A stretch of DNA of 32,000 bases from Escherichia marmotae (GTDB taxonomy: Bacteria; Pseudomonadota; Gammaproteobacteria; Enterobacterales; Enterobacteriaceae), in assembly GCF_002900365.1 (NCBI RefSeq), contig NZ_CP025979.1:4624236-4656235 (forward strand), given 5' to 3'. The notes below the pieces were generated by a model. The model saw only the letters and a program-made list of their open reading frames with translations. It did no database searches and had not been told where the DNA came from. Both the position numbers and the translations under genes were made by a program. Of the stretch, positions 12,024 to 20,706 are shown piece after piece. The first letter of the stretch is position 1. Each line of letters opens with the position of its first letter.

Positions 12024-12320
12024 ATGATTTATTTATGGATGTTTCTCGCGCTTTGCATTGTCTGTGTTAGTGGGTATATCGGTCAGGTACTGAATATAGC
12101 ATCTGCCGTTTCTTCTTTTTTTGGCATGGTGATCCTTGCCGCACTCATTTATTACTTCACTATGTGGTTAACTGGCGGTAATGAGCTGGCAACGGGGATA
12201 TTTATGTTTCTTGCCCCGGCTTGTGGCTTGATGATCCGCTTTGGTGGGGTATGGAAGGCGGTAATGAGGGGGAGATATGGTGTCCCCTGCAGACATCTAC
12301 TTGAGGCGGCAGGGGATTGA
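12024..12320 (+). CDS. yfdY: YfdY-like inner-membrane protein with altered, extended C-terminus
   Basis: First 73 aa (MIYLWMFLALCIVCVSGYIGQV...GLMIRF) match YfdY; the tail reads through the attachment-core sequence. Confidence 0.75.
   Translation: MIYLWMFLALCIVCVSGYIGQVLNIASAVSSFFGMVILAALIYYFTMWLTGGNELATGIFMFLAPACGLMIRFGGVWKAVMRGRYGVPCRHLLEAAGD
12278..12292 (-). mobile_element. Attachment-site core remnant (argW tRNA 3'-end sequence) at the host/prophage junction
   Basis: Minus strand reads CTGCAGGGGACACCA, the 3' end of tRNA-Arg argW. It sits between yfdY and torI; only this 15-mer of the tRNA is present. Confidence 0.8.
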
Positions 12321-12365
12321 TTGGAATGGTGTTTTTTAGATGTGAGAAATATTTTACCCGCTATT

Positions 12366-12566
12366 TTACCCATTGGCGCGGCTTAAGAGCTTATTTTTGA
12401 ATTCACAATGGTCACGATATAACCATCTTGCTCGCCCGTGGATAACTTTGGCTTTTGGCAGGTCGCCGGACTTAATCCGGTCATAGATGAAGGTTTTACC
12501 GAAGCCAGTATCGGCCATGATGAATTTCAAATCAACCAGTGAATCAGGTTGTAGTTCGTGTTGCAT
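12366..12566 (-). CDS. torI: Excisionase / TorR inhibitor TorI
   Basis: 66-aa ORF MQHELQPDSLVDLKFIMADTGFGKTFIYDRIKSGDLPKAKVIHGRARWLYRDHCEFKNKLLSRANG, matching KplE1 TorI. Confidence 0.93.
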   Translation of the reverse strand: MQHELQPDSLVDLKFIMADTGFGKTFIYDRIKSGDLPKAKVIHGRARWLYRDHCEFKNKLLSRANG

Positions 12567-12610
12567 GAGTGCTATCTCCGAATAGGGAATCGAACTTGCA
12601 AATCAGGCAA

Positions 12611-12631
12611 TAAAAAACCGCCATCAGGCGG
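12611..12631 (-). terminator. Intrinsic terminator between the 55-aa ORF and torI
   Basis: Minus strand CCGCC-TGAT-GGCGG-TTTTTTA, overlapping the upstream ORF stop codon. Confidence 0.75.
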
Positions 12632-12791
12632 CTTGGTGTTCTTTCAGTTCTTCAATTCGAATATTGGTTACGTCTGCATGTGCTATCTGCGCCCACAGCA
12701 TCCAGTGGTCATAGCAGTCGTTGATGTTCTCTGCTTCGATAACTCTGTTGAATGGCTCTCCATTCCATTCACCTGTGACTCGGAAGTGCAT
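12624..12791 (-). CDS. Small phage protein, 55 aa
   Basis: ATG...TGA ORF MHFRVTGEWNGEPFNRVIEAENINDCYDHWMLWAQIAHADVTNIRIEELKEHQAA; below the track length cutoff. Confidence 0.7.
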   Translation of the reverse strand: MHFRVTGEWNGEPFNRVIEAENINDCYDHWMLWAQIAHADVTNIRIEELKEHQAA

Positions 12792-12863
12792 TTATCATCT
12801 CCATAAAACAAAACTCGCCGTAGCGAGTTCAGATAAAAGAAATCCCCGCGAGTGCGAGGATTG

Positions 12864-13147
12864 TTATTCATTTCCGATATTTACCTTTATCGCGAACACC
12901 TTTACCGGCTTATCGCCGAAGTGCGGATGTGTGATTGTTTTCACTTCATATCCGTTATACGGGACGTCTATTCTGCGACTGGAATCGTCGCGCTTCGGAT
13001 ATCCCTTTGTGATAATCAGACGGTCATACACCCGGAACATAATTCGCTTATTCCAGTAGTCATTACACAGGCGATACTCTTCCGTTTTCTCCCCGCGAAT
13101 CATGGCATCGAAGTATTCACCTTTGACGCAAGTTGCAGGTTAGCCAC
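12864..13147 (-). pseudogene. ASCH/DUF3850-like phage protein, probably frameshifted
   Basis: AGGAGG and GTG start (13145-13147) open MANLQLA..., but the conserved continuation VKGEYFDAMIRGEKTEEYRLCNDYWNKRI is in another frame; joined by adding one G near 13127. Confidence 0.65.
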
Positions 13148-13859
13148 GGTTAACCTCCTGCGGCGGTTTTGCTGCAAAATGCGCAATACCTTTATCCCAG
13201 ATGGATTTTATGGTCGTCCACGTGACTGGTACTTTAATTTCAATTCGTCCGCTCCCGTCACAGGTATCGCAATCATCATCGCCAAAGCATTCCGGGCAGC
13301 TTATAAACGTAGTTTCTGAAAATTCACCGGATAGCACACCCTTAGCGCCGTTCTCAGCGGTTAGTTTCTTCGGCACTATAACCCAACCATCCGGAGTTAC
13401 CGGAGAGTTGCCACCGGGAATATTTTCCGGAATATTTTGTTGTGCGTTTTGTGGTTGTTCGGATTTACCATGAAGCATGGCGGCGCGGCAGGCGTTCCAG
13501 CCAGCTGTTCGCCCAAGCGCGTAAACTTCAGATGGCTCAAGATAATCAATGTCATGCCCGTCCTCATCGTCGTTCTCAGGTAATGCAGCAGGTACTACCG
13601 GTACTGGCGGAGCGGCGTAGACTTCAATAATCCCATTATCAATAGGCCATTCTCCATCCTTGAGATAGTCACTTGTGCCGTCAACTTGCTGTTCAGCAAT
13701 GTGGAATGCACCAACTGGCTCTGCCTCAAGCGAGGCCAGTGCAATTCGTGCCAGTTCCCTAAGATTTTCGCTATATGGTGAAGTATTATCACGATTGATT
13801 ATGTGATTAGCTGTATCTATGAGAACTTGCTTTTGTTTTTCTCTGTTCATAGTGGTCAT
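13140..13859 (-). CDS. Ead/Ea22-like phage left-operon protein with CPECFGDDDCDTC zinc-knuckle-like motif
   Basis: ORF from MTTMNREKQKQVLIDTANHI; later-start choice avoids overlap with the upstream gene. Confidence 0.75.
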   Translation of the reverse strand: MTTMNREKQKQVLIDTANHIINRDNTSPYSENLRELARIALASLEAEPVGAFHIAEQQVDGTSDYLKDGEWPIDNGIIEVYAAPPVPVVPAALPENDDEDGHDIDYLEPSEVYALGRTAGWNACRAAMLHGKSEQPQNAQQNIPENIPGGNSPVTPDGWVIVPKKLTAENGAKGVLSGEFSETTFISCPECFGDDDCDTCDGSGRIEIKVPVTWTTIKSIWDKGIAHFAAKPPQEVNRG

Positions 13860-13860
13860 C

Positions 13861-14412
13861 TCACTCTCCTTTGATGCGAATGCCAGCGGCGCGGGAATCA
13901 TTCCATCGCTTTACTTCTTCACGAATTACGTCAATGCATTCTTTCGAATCCATTAGGTAATCTTCATCAAAAAGACGTTCCTGTTCGTTTTCTATCGCAA
14001 CAATGATTGCTTCAACTAACTTTTGTGCCTGAGAACCACTTTCTAACTCTGCTATGCGCTTACTTCCATCCGCGATTACTCCCTCGTAATACTCACGCTG
14101 CTCGTTGAGTTTTGATTTTGTCTCCTCAAGCTCAACACGCAGCTTCCCAACCGTAAGAGCAATATCCTCGTTCTCCTGATCGCGGCTTTTGATGTATTGC
14201 AGGTTTCTTTCCCGCTCATCCAGCAGTGCCAGCACGGTTTCTGGTCCGGTCAGAAATTTGAAGGCGTTGAGCGCATCAATATCCACACCGTAATCTTTAA
14301 GTTCCTGTTCACTTAACAAATCATCATCAACTGGCAACATTAACAGGTGTTCCATTGCTGAAGTTGCACGTTCTGTCGCCTCACGCAGTGCCTGGTAATT
14401 AATTTCGCTCAC
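13861..14412 (-). CDS. Ead/Ea22-like phage protein, coiled-coil rich
   Basis: [17 protein letters not shown]...LLDERERN...GSKRIAELESGSQ, typical Ea22-family arrangement. Confidence 0.75.
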   Translation of the reverse strand: MSEINYQALREATERATSAMEHLLMLPVDDDLLSEQELKDYGVDIDALNAFKFLTGPETVLALLDERERNLQYIKSRDQENEDIALTVGKLRVELEETKSKLNEQREYYEGVIADGSKRIAELESGSQAQKLVEAIIVAIENEQERLFDEDYLMDSKECIDVIREEVKRWNDSRAAGIRIKGE

Positions 14413-14840
14413 TGGTTGCCTCCTTTGCGAAGCTCAGCGGCGAAGGCTACTGCGTGATCATGATGTTCAAGTGTGTATGCACACTCAGCAAACATCTCCA
14501 CACCCTGCGCCCGCACATCCGCCAGGAAAGCGTCGGTGGCTGGGATTTCAGTAACATCATCTTCCCATTCGCTAAACTCCTCACGACAAAAGTCATTAAA
14601 TTCCTTCTCAGATTGCTTAAGCGAGGCATTTTCAGCAGCCATCTTCGCGCATTTAGCCTCAAGGTTATCAATCGTGATTCCAGCAGAACGACACTCCCGC
14701 AACGCCGTTTCCAGTTTTGATTCAAGTTCACCGAACTTACGGACAAGATATTCAGCGTTTGTTTCGTTAACCTTTAAATCTCGTGGGATGCATTTACCTT
14801 TCAGAAAACCATCCATCTCAATTAGTGACACTTGTTTCAT
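14409..14840 (-). CDS. Ea22-like C-terminal domain phage protein
   Basis: [10 protein letters not shown]...ELESKL and [12 protein letters not shown] motifs. ATG at 14838-14840 overlaps the upstream stop as ATGA; the track uses a longer GTG start at 14858. Confidence 0.75.
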   Translation of the reverse strand: MKQVSLIEMDGFLKGKCIPRDLKVNETNAEYLVRKFGELESKLETALRECRSAGITIDNLEAKCAKMAAENASLKQSEKEFNDFCREEFSEWEDDVTEIPATDAFLADVRAQGVEMFAECAYTLEHHDHAVAFAAELRKGGNQ

Positions 14841-15001
14841 TTCTTCCCACTCCGCCACATCGCATTCAGATATTTGTTTTGATTCACTGATGGAAACGAG
14901 TTTCGCTTAAGTAATTCCTCTCTCGATGGCATTGGCTTTACGCGTTGGCGAATAATCATTTCTGCCGGAAGAATGCCGGGATTGTATGCAAGCCCTCTCA
15001 T
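14837..15001 (-). CDS. Small conserved phage protein, 54 aa
   Basis: [57 protein letters not shown] with upstream AGAGGA; overlaps the next gene by ATGA. Confidence 0.7.
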   Translation of the reverse strand: MRGLAYNPGILPAEMIIRQRVKPMPSREELLKRNSFPSVNQNKYLNAMWRSGKK

Positions 15002-15017
15002 GGTAAATTCCTCTTTG

Positions 15018-15332
15018 TTAATTTATTTGTATGCCTGTTCTCTCTTCATCGAGTTTTTTTAGCTTGTATCGCATAGCTCTCACTGAATAAATTGAGCGGC
15101 AGGTTGCAATTGCTATTTCTTCTGCGGAGAACTTACCGAAAAGTGATACTTCGGCTCTTGTCCATCGTCTTCCACGAAGTCGGCTAACAATGTCAGCGCC
15201 AATCCTTGTTGCTTTCGCCATTACTGCTTTTTCAGTCCTTTCCAGTTTTTCAGCGATAACTTCAACTGGCATTGTCGCCGCTACCTCGCGCAAGAAATCG
15301 ACTTCCCATTTCTCCCATGGAGTCTTTTTCAT
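15018..15332 (-). CDS. Putative DNA-binding phage protein, SANT/HTH-like
   Basis: 104-aa ORF; [40 protein letters not shown] repeated-W helix pattern. Confidence 0.65.
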   Translation of the reverse strand: MKKTPWEKWEVDFLREVAATMPVEVIAEKLERTEKAVMAKATRIGADIVSRLRGRRWTRAEVSLFGKFSAEEIAIATCRSIYSVRAMRYKLKKLDEERTGIQIN

Positions 15333-15343
15333 AGTCGATACCG

Positions 15344-15832
15344 TTATTTGATAAGAAGTGAAGGTTTCCCAACTTTGAGTTGAGCGCCGGGGATATTTAT
15401 TCCTGCTTTTAGTTGGTGTTTGATTGCCAGTTTGTCGGCTTTAATTGTCGTTTCAAACTCAACGTATTCAGGAGGAAGGGCGCTTGAGTCGATGATTTCT
15501 ACAGTTTCTGACGGTTTGCGGATTGTTACCTGGTGAATACCTGCTCGAATCTTTTTCTTGCCAACCATTTCAAGCGATGACGCTATATACGCCATAATGC
15601 TATCAATCTTATTTTGAATTACTGCTGCTCGTTCATTCAGTGACTTTGCCTCTTCCTTGAGGCGTTCAGCATAACCAGACTCATTTTTAATAATGGCAAG
15701 AAGTTGCTCTATTTTATCGGTAAATTCTCCTTCCATGCCTTCTATTGTGTCAGCAATCATCTCTGGTTCTAAATCTGAATCCATCAATTTTGCGTATTCA
15801 TTGGCAATTTCATACAGTTTGCTCACTGGCAA
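15344..15832 (-). CDS. Gp157-family phage protein
   Basis: MPVSKLYEIANEYAKLM...IKNESGYAERLKEEAKSLNERAAVIQNKIDSI...GIHQVTIRKP; immediately after recT. Confidence 0.82.
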   Translation of the reverse strand: MPVSKLYEIANEYAKLMDSDLEPEMIADTIEGMEGEFTDKIEQLLAIIKNESGYAERLKEEAKSLNERAAVIQNKIDSIMAYIASSLEMVGKKKIRAGIHQVTIRKPSETVEIIDSSALPPEYVEFETTIKADKLAIKHQLKAGINIPGAQLKVGKPSLLIK

Positions 15833-16712
15833 CCTCCAGTTTCGCTTTGCATTCTATGTAAATGGCTTGTACGTTCTGCTGCAATTTCATTCCAGATGTC
15901 AGGCGATATGCTTCTGCAAAATATCGCTTCAAATCATCCATGTTTTCTGCCTGAGCCATTTCATCACAAAGAAGTTGTGCTTTATCCGTTATTTCCTGCT
16001 GGCGTATCCGTTCATCTTCGCGGATATCTTCCTCTGATTTGTGCGGCATAACTGGTTCCTGATGCATACCTTCATCTTCGTTAAGTAGGTGAATGGCATT
16101 ATCCAGTCGCTGGGCTTTAGGCCAGTATTTGCTGGCGCGTTTAACTATTGTTTTACGCGCCATCTCTTCCCAGAATGTCTTCCACGGTCCATTCTTTGCC
16201 TTGCTCGTTGCTTCCACAGCTTTAATTTCTGCCAGACTCATTTCTTCAGTGAGGTAGTCACCATCTGCTGTTTTAACCGTACAATAACCACCAACAATAG
16301 AGCCTCGCTCACCAAATGCGTTGTATTTGTGGGTTGGTGCTGAATCAAGGCCGTTTGATTCATAGGTGTCGTTTGAGTACACCAGTTTGCATTGCCCCCA
16401 CTTAATTGATCCTGTCGACTGTGCAAGGTGAAGTAATCCCATATAGCTGATATCAAGGCAAACCATGCCGTCGCGCGGAACCAGATAAGCCAGTTTGCTG
16501 GCCGGGTTTAAGGTGATGCCGATCGCCGCAACATTGATGATGGCGTTCTGTGCGCTGGTTGGATTTGCCAGTGCTGTTTTAGCCAGGTAATCATTTTTCT
16601 GGAAATACTGAATTGCAAACTGGCTTTCCTTAGCCCATGTCACCGTCTGTTCAGTCAATGCTCCGCAGAATAACTGCTCTTGCTGTTTAACGAATTCAAC
16701 GATATTGCTCAT
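15810..16712 (-). CDS. recT: RecT-family single-strand annealing protein
   Basis: 300-aa ORF with NPTSAQNAIINVAAIGITLNPASKLAYLVPRDG...LDISYMGLLHLA. Confidence 0.88.
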   Translation of the reverse strand: MSNIVEFVKQQEQLFCGALTEQTVTWAKESQFAIQYFQKNDYLAKTALANPTSAQNAIINVAAIGITLNPASKLAYLVPRDGMVCLDISYMGLLHLAQSTGSIKWGQCKLVYSNDTYESNGLDSAPTHKYNAFGERGSIVGGYCTVKTADGDYLTEEMSLAEIKAVEATSKAKNGPWKTFWEEMARKTIVKRASKYWPKAQRLDNAIHLLNEDEGMHQEPVMPHKSEEDIREDERIRQQEITDKAQLLCDEMAQAENMDDLKRYFAEAYRLTSGMKLQQNVQAIYIECKAKLEVASEQTV

Positions 16713-17020
16713 GCTGCTTCTCCAAAAATGTGTCTGCGTTTGAATATTGCGAAGGCATATTCAGCCTTAACTCTTTCGGTTATTGCATCCCAGAACCATT
16801 CAGCGGCTTTTTCCTGATAGTTACAGTCATCATCTTCCAGCCAGTCGATAGCGTCCTTAGTGTGTTCATCTGGTTTATATGAGCGAAGCATTTCGCTTAT
16901 TGGGTCGCAACGTTTGCAGAGGCGATCAACTTCACTGTTGATTCGTTCGTAATCTTCATCAGTAAAACTTGCGATTATTTGCGATATTTCACGCTTATCA
17001 TTCAGAGTCAGAATCATCAT
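16709..17020 (-). CDS. Hypothetical phage early protein, 103 aa
   Basis: ORF MMILTLNDKREISQIIASFTDEDYERINSEVDRLCKRC...; overlaps the recT start by ATGA. Confidence 0.7.
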   Translation of the reverse strand: MMILTLNDKREISQIIASFTDEDYERINSEVDRLCKRCDPISEMLRSYKPDEHTKDAIDWLEDDDCNYQEKAAEWFWDAITERVKAEYAFAIFKRRHIFGEAA

Positions 17021-17105
17021 CTTTCTCCTGTTCTTTGTGCTGATTGAGCATTTTGTTCATCTGACGAATGAATTCTTCGTCTGACCAGTTATCTGTAAAA
17101 CTCAT
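16998..17105 (-). CDS. Small acidic phage ORF, 35 aa (position of lambda kil)
   Basis: MSFTDNWSDEEFIRQMNKMLNQHKEQEKDDDSDSE; start overlaps the cIII stop by ATGA. Confidence 0.55.
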   Translation of the reverse strand: MSFTDNWSDEEFIRQMNKMLNQHKEQEKDDDSDSE

Positions 17106-17272
17106 GGACGGCCTTGTTGTTTCAAAATATCCCAAAGCTTTTCGAGCAAGCTTTTCATTCTTGGTTGTTTAAAGTCTGCTCCGGTTAAAATGTTTTTTCG
17201 TGAATGCTGTACCGATAAAATCGGGTTGAAAGGGCGAACCGATGCCGCCCCTGCAATAGCGAACTGTTGCAT
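17102..17272 (-). CDS. cIII: CIII-like lysogeny regulator, 56 aa
   Basis: MQQFAIAGAASVRPFNPILSVQHSRKNILTGADFKQPRMKSLLEKLWDILKQQGRP: MQxAIAG start and amphipathic SLLEKLWDILKQQG segment, AGAAGGAG upstream. Confidence 0.75.
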   Translation of the reverse strand: MQQFAIAGAASVRPFNPILSVQHSRKNILTGADFKQPRMKSLLEKLWDILKQQGRP

Positions 17273-17347
17273 AGGATGCTCCTTCTGTTTGATTGCATAA
17301 CGAAAACGCCTCGAGTGAAGCGTTATTGGTATGCGGTAAAGCCGCGC

Positions 17348-17659
17348 TTAGGCGGCTGATGTTTCTTCTTTCAGGCTTTCGAGATATTTACGTGGGTCGT
17401 CGTAACATTGGCATTCGCTGTACCAATCCACCCAGCGATCAGTAAGCCCCATTTCTGATAAATCTTCATCGGTAAGGCTCTCATCCCACATCTCAAGGCC
17501 GTTAGCATTGCAGTAGTCAGGCTTGATGTTGTTGTCATACTGAAAGGCGTCATAATCAGCCAGTGCATCCATCAGGCGAACACCCTCTTCAACACTTGCC
17601 ACTTCTACAATGAACGGCTTCATAGGTACTTGCGGGATATGCCAGACACGTAATTTCAT
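17348..17659 (-). CDS. Hypothetical phage early protein, 103 aa
   Basis: MKLRVWHIPQVPMKPFIVEVASVEEGVRLMDALADYDAFQ..., GGAGG upstream, between N and cIII. Confidence 0.75.
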   Translation of the reverse strand: MKLRVWHIPQVPMKPFIVEVASVEEGVRLMDALADYDAFQYDNNIKPDYCNANGLEMWDESLTDEDLSEMGLTDRWVDWYSECQCYDDPRKYLESLKEETSAA

Positions 17660-17671
17660 ATTTCCTCCGTC

Positions 17672-17699
17672 AAAAAAATTGCCCTCAATCTGAGGGCAA
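17672..17699 (-). terminator. tL1-like intrinsic terminator in the left operon
   Basis: Minus strand TTGCCCTCA-GAT-TGAGGGCAA-TTTTTTT, just before the ribosome-binding site of the 17348-17659 gene. Confidence 0.85.
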
Positions 17700-17846
17700 A
17701 GAAGATTTCCAATAATCAGAACAAGTCGGCTCCTGTTTAGTTACGAGCGACATTGCTCCGTGTATTCACTCGTTGGAATGAATACACAGTGCAGTGTTTA
17801 TTCTGTTGTTTATGCCAAAAATAAAGGCCGACTATGCGGCCTAAAA

Positions 17847-18212
17847 TTACTTAACCAATGATGCTGCATATTCGATAAGGTAAAGCTTTGGAGCTAGCCA
17901 AATTTTCAACCAGTCGAAATAATTGAAGAAAACAACAATAGAAGTAATCGCTATTCCTGATGTGACAAGTAGCGATAAAATAACGACATCCGCATCATCT
18001 CCTTTATTCCATGCAAAAATCATCAGATAAACACATGCTATAATCACCAATACACAGAGAGCCTGAATCCCAGCTGATGATACGGCGTGCCACATCAAAA
18101 GCTGATGTATGACATCAGGAATCTGTACTTGGCTAAATGAAACAGCCGCATCTATTCCATTGCTGGCTTTTTGCAGTAGTTCTACGAGAATCTTGTTTGC
18201 TTGTTCTTCCAT
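17847..18212 (-). CDS. Putative phage membrane protein, 121 aa
   Basis: Hydrophobic segments AGIQALCVLVIIACVYLMIFAW and VVILSLLVTSGIAITSIVVFFNYF; directly downstream of N. Confidence 0.75.
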   Translation of the reverse strand: MEEQANKILVELLQKASNGIDAAVSFSQVQIPDVIHQLLMWHAVSSAGIQALCVLVIIACVYLMIFAWNKGDDADVVILSLLVTSGIAITSIVVFFNYFDWLKIWLAPKLYLIEYAASLVK

Positions 18213-18220
18213 ATCTCACC

Positions 18221-18553
18221 TCAATCGTAATAAGCTGGAATTGATTTTCCGCGTTGCTTCTGGCGGCCTGAGCAAGTCACACCCATTTCACTGCGTGGCT
18301 TGCTGTACCATGTGCGCTGATTCTTGCGCTCAATACGTTGCAGGTTGCTTTCAATCTGTTCGTGGTATTCAGCCAGCACTGTAAGGTCTATCGGATTCAG
18401 TGCGCTTTCTACTCGTGATTTCGGTTTGCGATTCAGCGAGAGAATAGGGCGGTTAACTGGTTTTGCGCTTACCCCAACCAACAGGGGATTTGCTGCTTTC
18501 CATTGAGCCTGTTTCTCTGCGCGACGTTCGCGGCGGCGTGTTTGTGCATCCAT
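18221..18553 (-). CDS. N: Lambda-type transcription antitermination protein N, 110 aa
   Basis: MDAQTRRRERRAEKQAQWKAANPLLVGVSAKPVNRPILSLNRKPKSRVESALNPIDLTVLAEYHEQIESNLQRIERKNQRTWYSKP matches lambda N; start at MDAQ. Confidence 0.93.
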   Translation of the reverse strand: MDAQTRRRERRAEKQAQWKAANPLLVGVSAKPVNRPILSLNRKPKSRVESALNPIDLTVLAEYHEQIESNLQRIERKNQRTWYSKPRSEMGVTCSGRQKQRGKSIPAYYD

Positions 18554-18712
18554 CTGGATTCTCCTGTCAGTTAGCTTTGGTTGTGTGTGGGAGTCGTAGT
18601 CCTGAACGAAAACACCCCGCAATGGCACATTGGCAGCTAATCCGGATTCGCACTTCCGGCCAATGCTTCGTTTCGTATCACACACACACCAAAGCCTTCT
18701 GCTTTGAATGCT

Positions 18713-18743
18713 GCCCTTCTTCAGGGCTTAATTTTTAAGAGCA
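18713..18743 (-). promoter_or_regulatory. nutL site (boxA and boxB)
   Basis: Minus strand TGCTCTTAAAAATTAA then boxB GCCCTGAAGAAGGGC (18713-18727). Confidence 0.92.
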
Positions 18744-18782
18744 TCACCTTCATGGTGGTTAGTGCGTCCTGCTGATGGCTTA

Positions 18783-18811
18783 AAATTACAAGAAAGATTG
18801 TATATTGTAAA
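18783..18811 (-). promoter_or_regulatory. Early leftward promoter pL
   Basis: Minus strand -35 TTTACA (18806-18811), 17-nt spacer, -10 TAATTT (18783-18788), overlapped by two operators. Confidence 0.75.
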
Positions 18812-18855
18812 CAAGAAATATTGTAAAAATGGGCGTGAAAAACAAACTCCATTGT
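18788..18855. promoter_or_regulatory. Left operator region, 434 type
   Basis: Three ACAA-N6-TTGT sites: ACAAGAAAGATTGT (18788-18801), ACAAGAAATATTGT (18811-18824), ACAAACTCCATTGT (18842-18855). Confidence 0.88.
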
Positions 18856-18905
18856 TTTTAAACGGAAAATAGTTTGTTTTTTGGCTGTCGAAATCGAGGT
18901 GAGGA

Positions 18906-20261
<1,356 letters not shown>

Positions 20262-20269
20262 GACATTCC

Positions 20270-20301
20270 CGCTCTTACACATCCCAGCCCTGAAAAAGGG
20301 C
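20270..20301 (+). promoter_or_regulatory. nutR site (boxA and boxB)
   Basis: CGCTCTTACAC (20270-20280) and GCCCTGAAAAAGGGC (20287-20301). Confidence 0.92.
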
Positions 20302-20380
20302 ATCAAATTAAACCACACCTATGGTGTATGCATTTATTTGCATACATTCAATTAATTGTTATCTAAGGAAATACTTACAT

Positions 20381-20674
20381 ATGGTTCGTGCAAACAAACG
20401 CAACGAGGCTCTACGAATCGAGAGTGCGTTGCTTAACAAAATCGCAATGCTTGGAACTGAGAAGACAGCGGAAGCTGTGGGAGTTGATAAGTCGCAGATC
20501 AGCAGGTGGAAGAGGGATTGGATTCCAAAGTTCTCAATGCTGCTTGCTGTTCTTGAATGGGGTGTCGTCGACGACGACATGGCTCGATTGGCACGACAAG
20601 TTGCTTCGATTCTCACCAATAAAAAACGCCCGGCGGCAACCGAGCGTTCTGAACAAATCCAGATGGAGTTCTGA
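20381..20674 (+). CDS. cII: CII transcriptional activator, 97 aa
   Basis: [51 protein letters not shown]... matches lambda CII; track start is too early. Confidence 0.95.
   Translation: MVRANKRNEALRIESALLNKIAMLGTEKTAEAVGVDKSQISRWKRDWIPKFSMLLAVLEWGVVDDDMARLARQVASILTNKKRPAATERSEQIQMEF
20390..20403 (-). promoter_or_regulatory. CII-binding site of pRE
   Basis: Minus strand TTGCGTTTGTTTGC (TTGC-N6-TTGC) in the 5' end of cII, as in lambda. Confidence 0.85.
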
Positions 20675-20706
20675 GGTCATTACTGGATCAATCCACAGGA
20701 GTCATT

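Noticed and set aside
12278-12292. Intact argW tRNA gene at the junction.
   Set aside because: Only the 3'-terminal 15 nt are present; no anticodon or D-arm sequence adjoins it, so this is an att remnant and the full tRNA should be at the other end.
12683-12871. 62-aa minus ORF and overlapping plus ORFs (12558-12806, 12721-13059, 12852-13319).
   Set aside because: They conflict with the better-supported 55-aa and ASCH-like minus-strand genes of the left operon.
15693-16037. 114-aa plus-strand ORF opposite recT and the Gp157 gene.
   Set aside because: Fully antisense to two supported genes, with no independent start or family signal.
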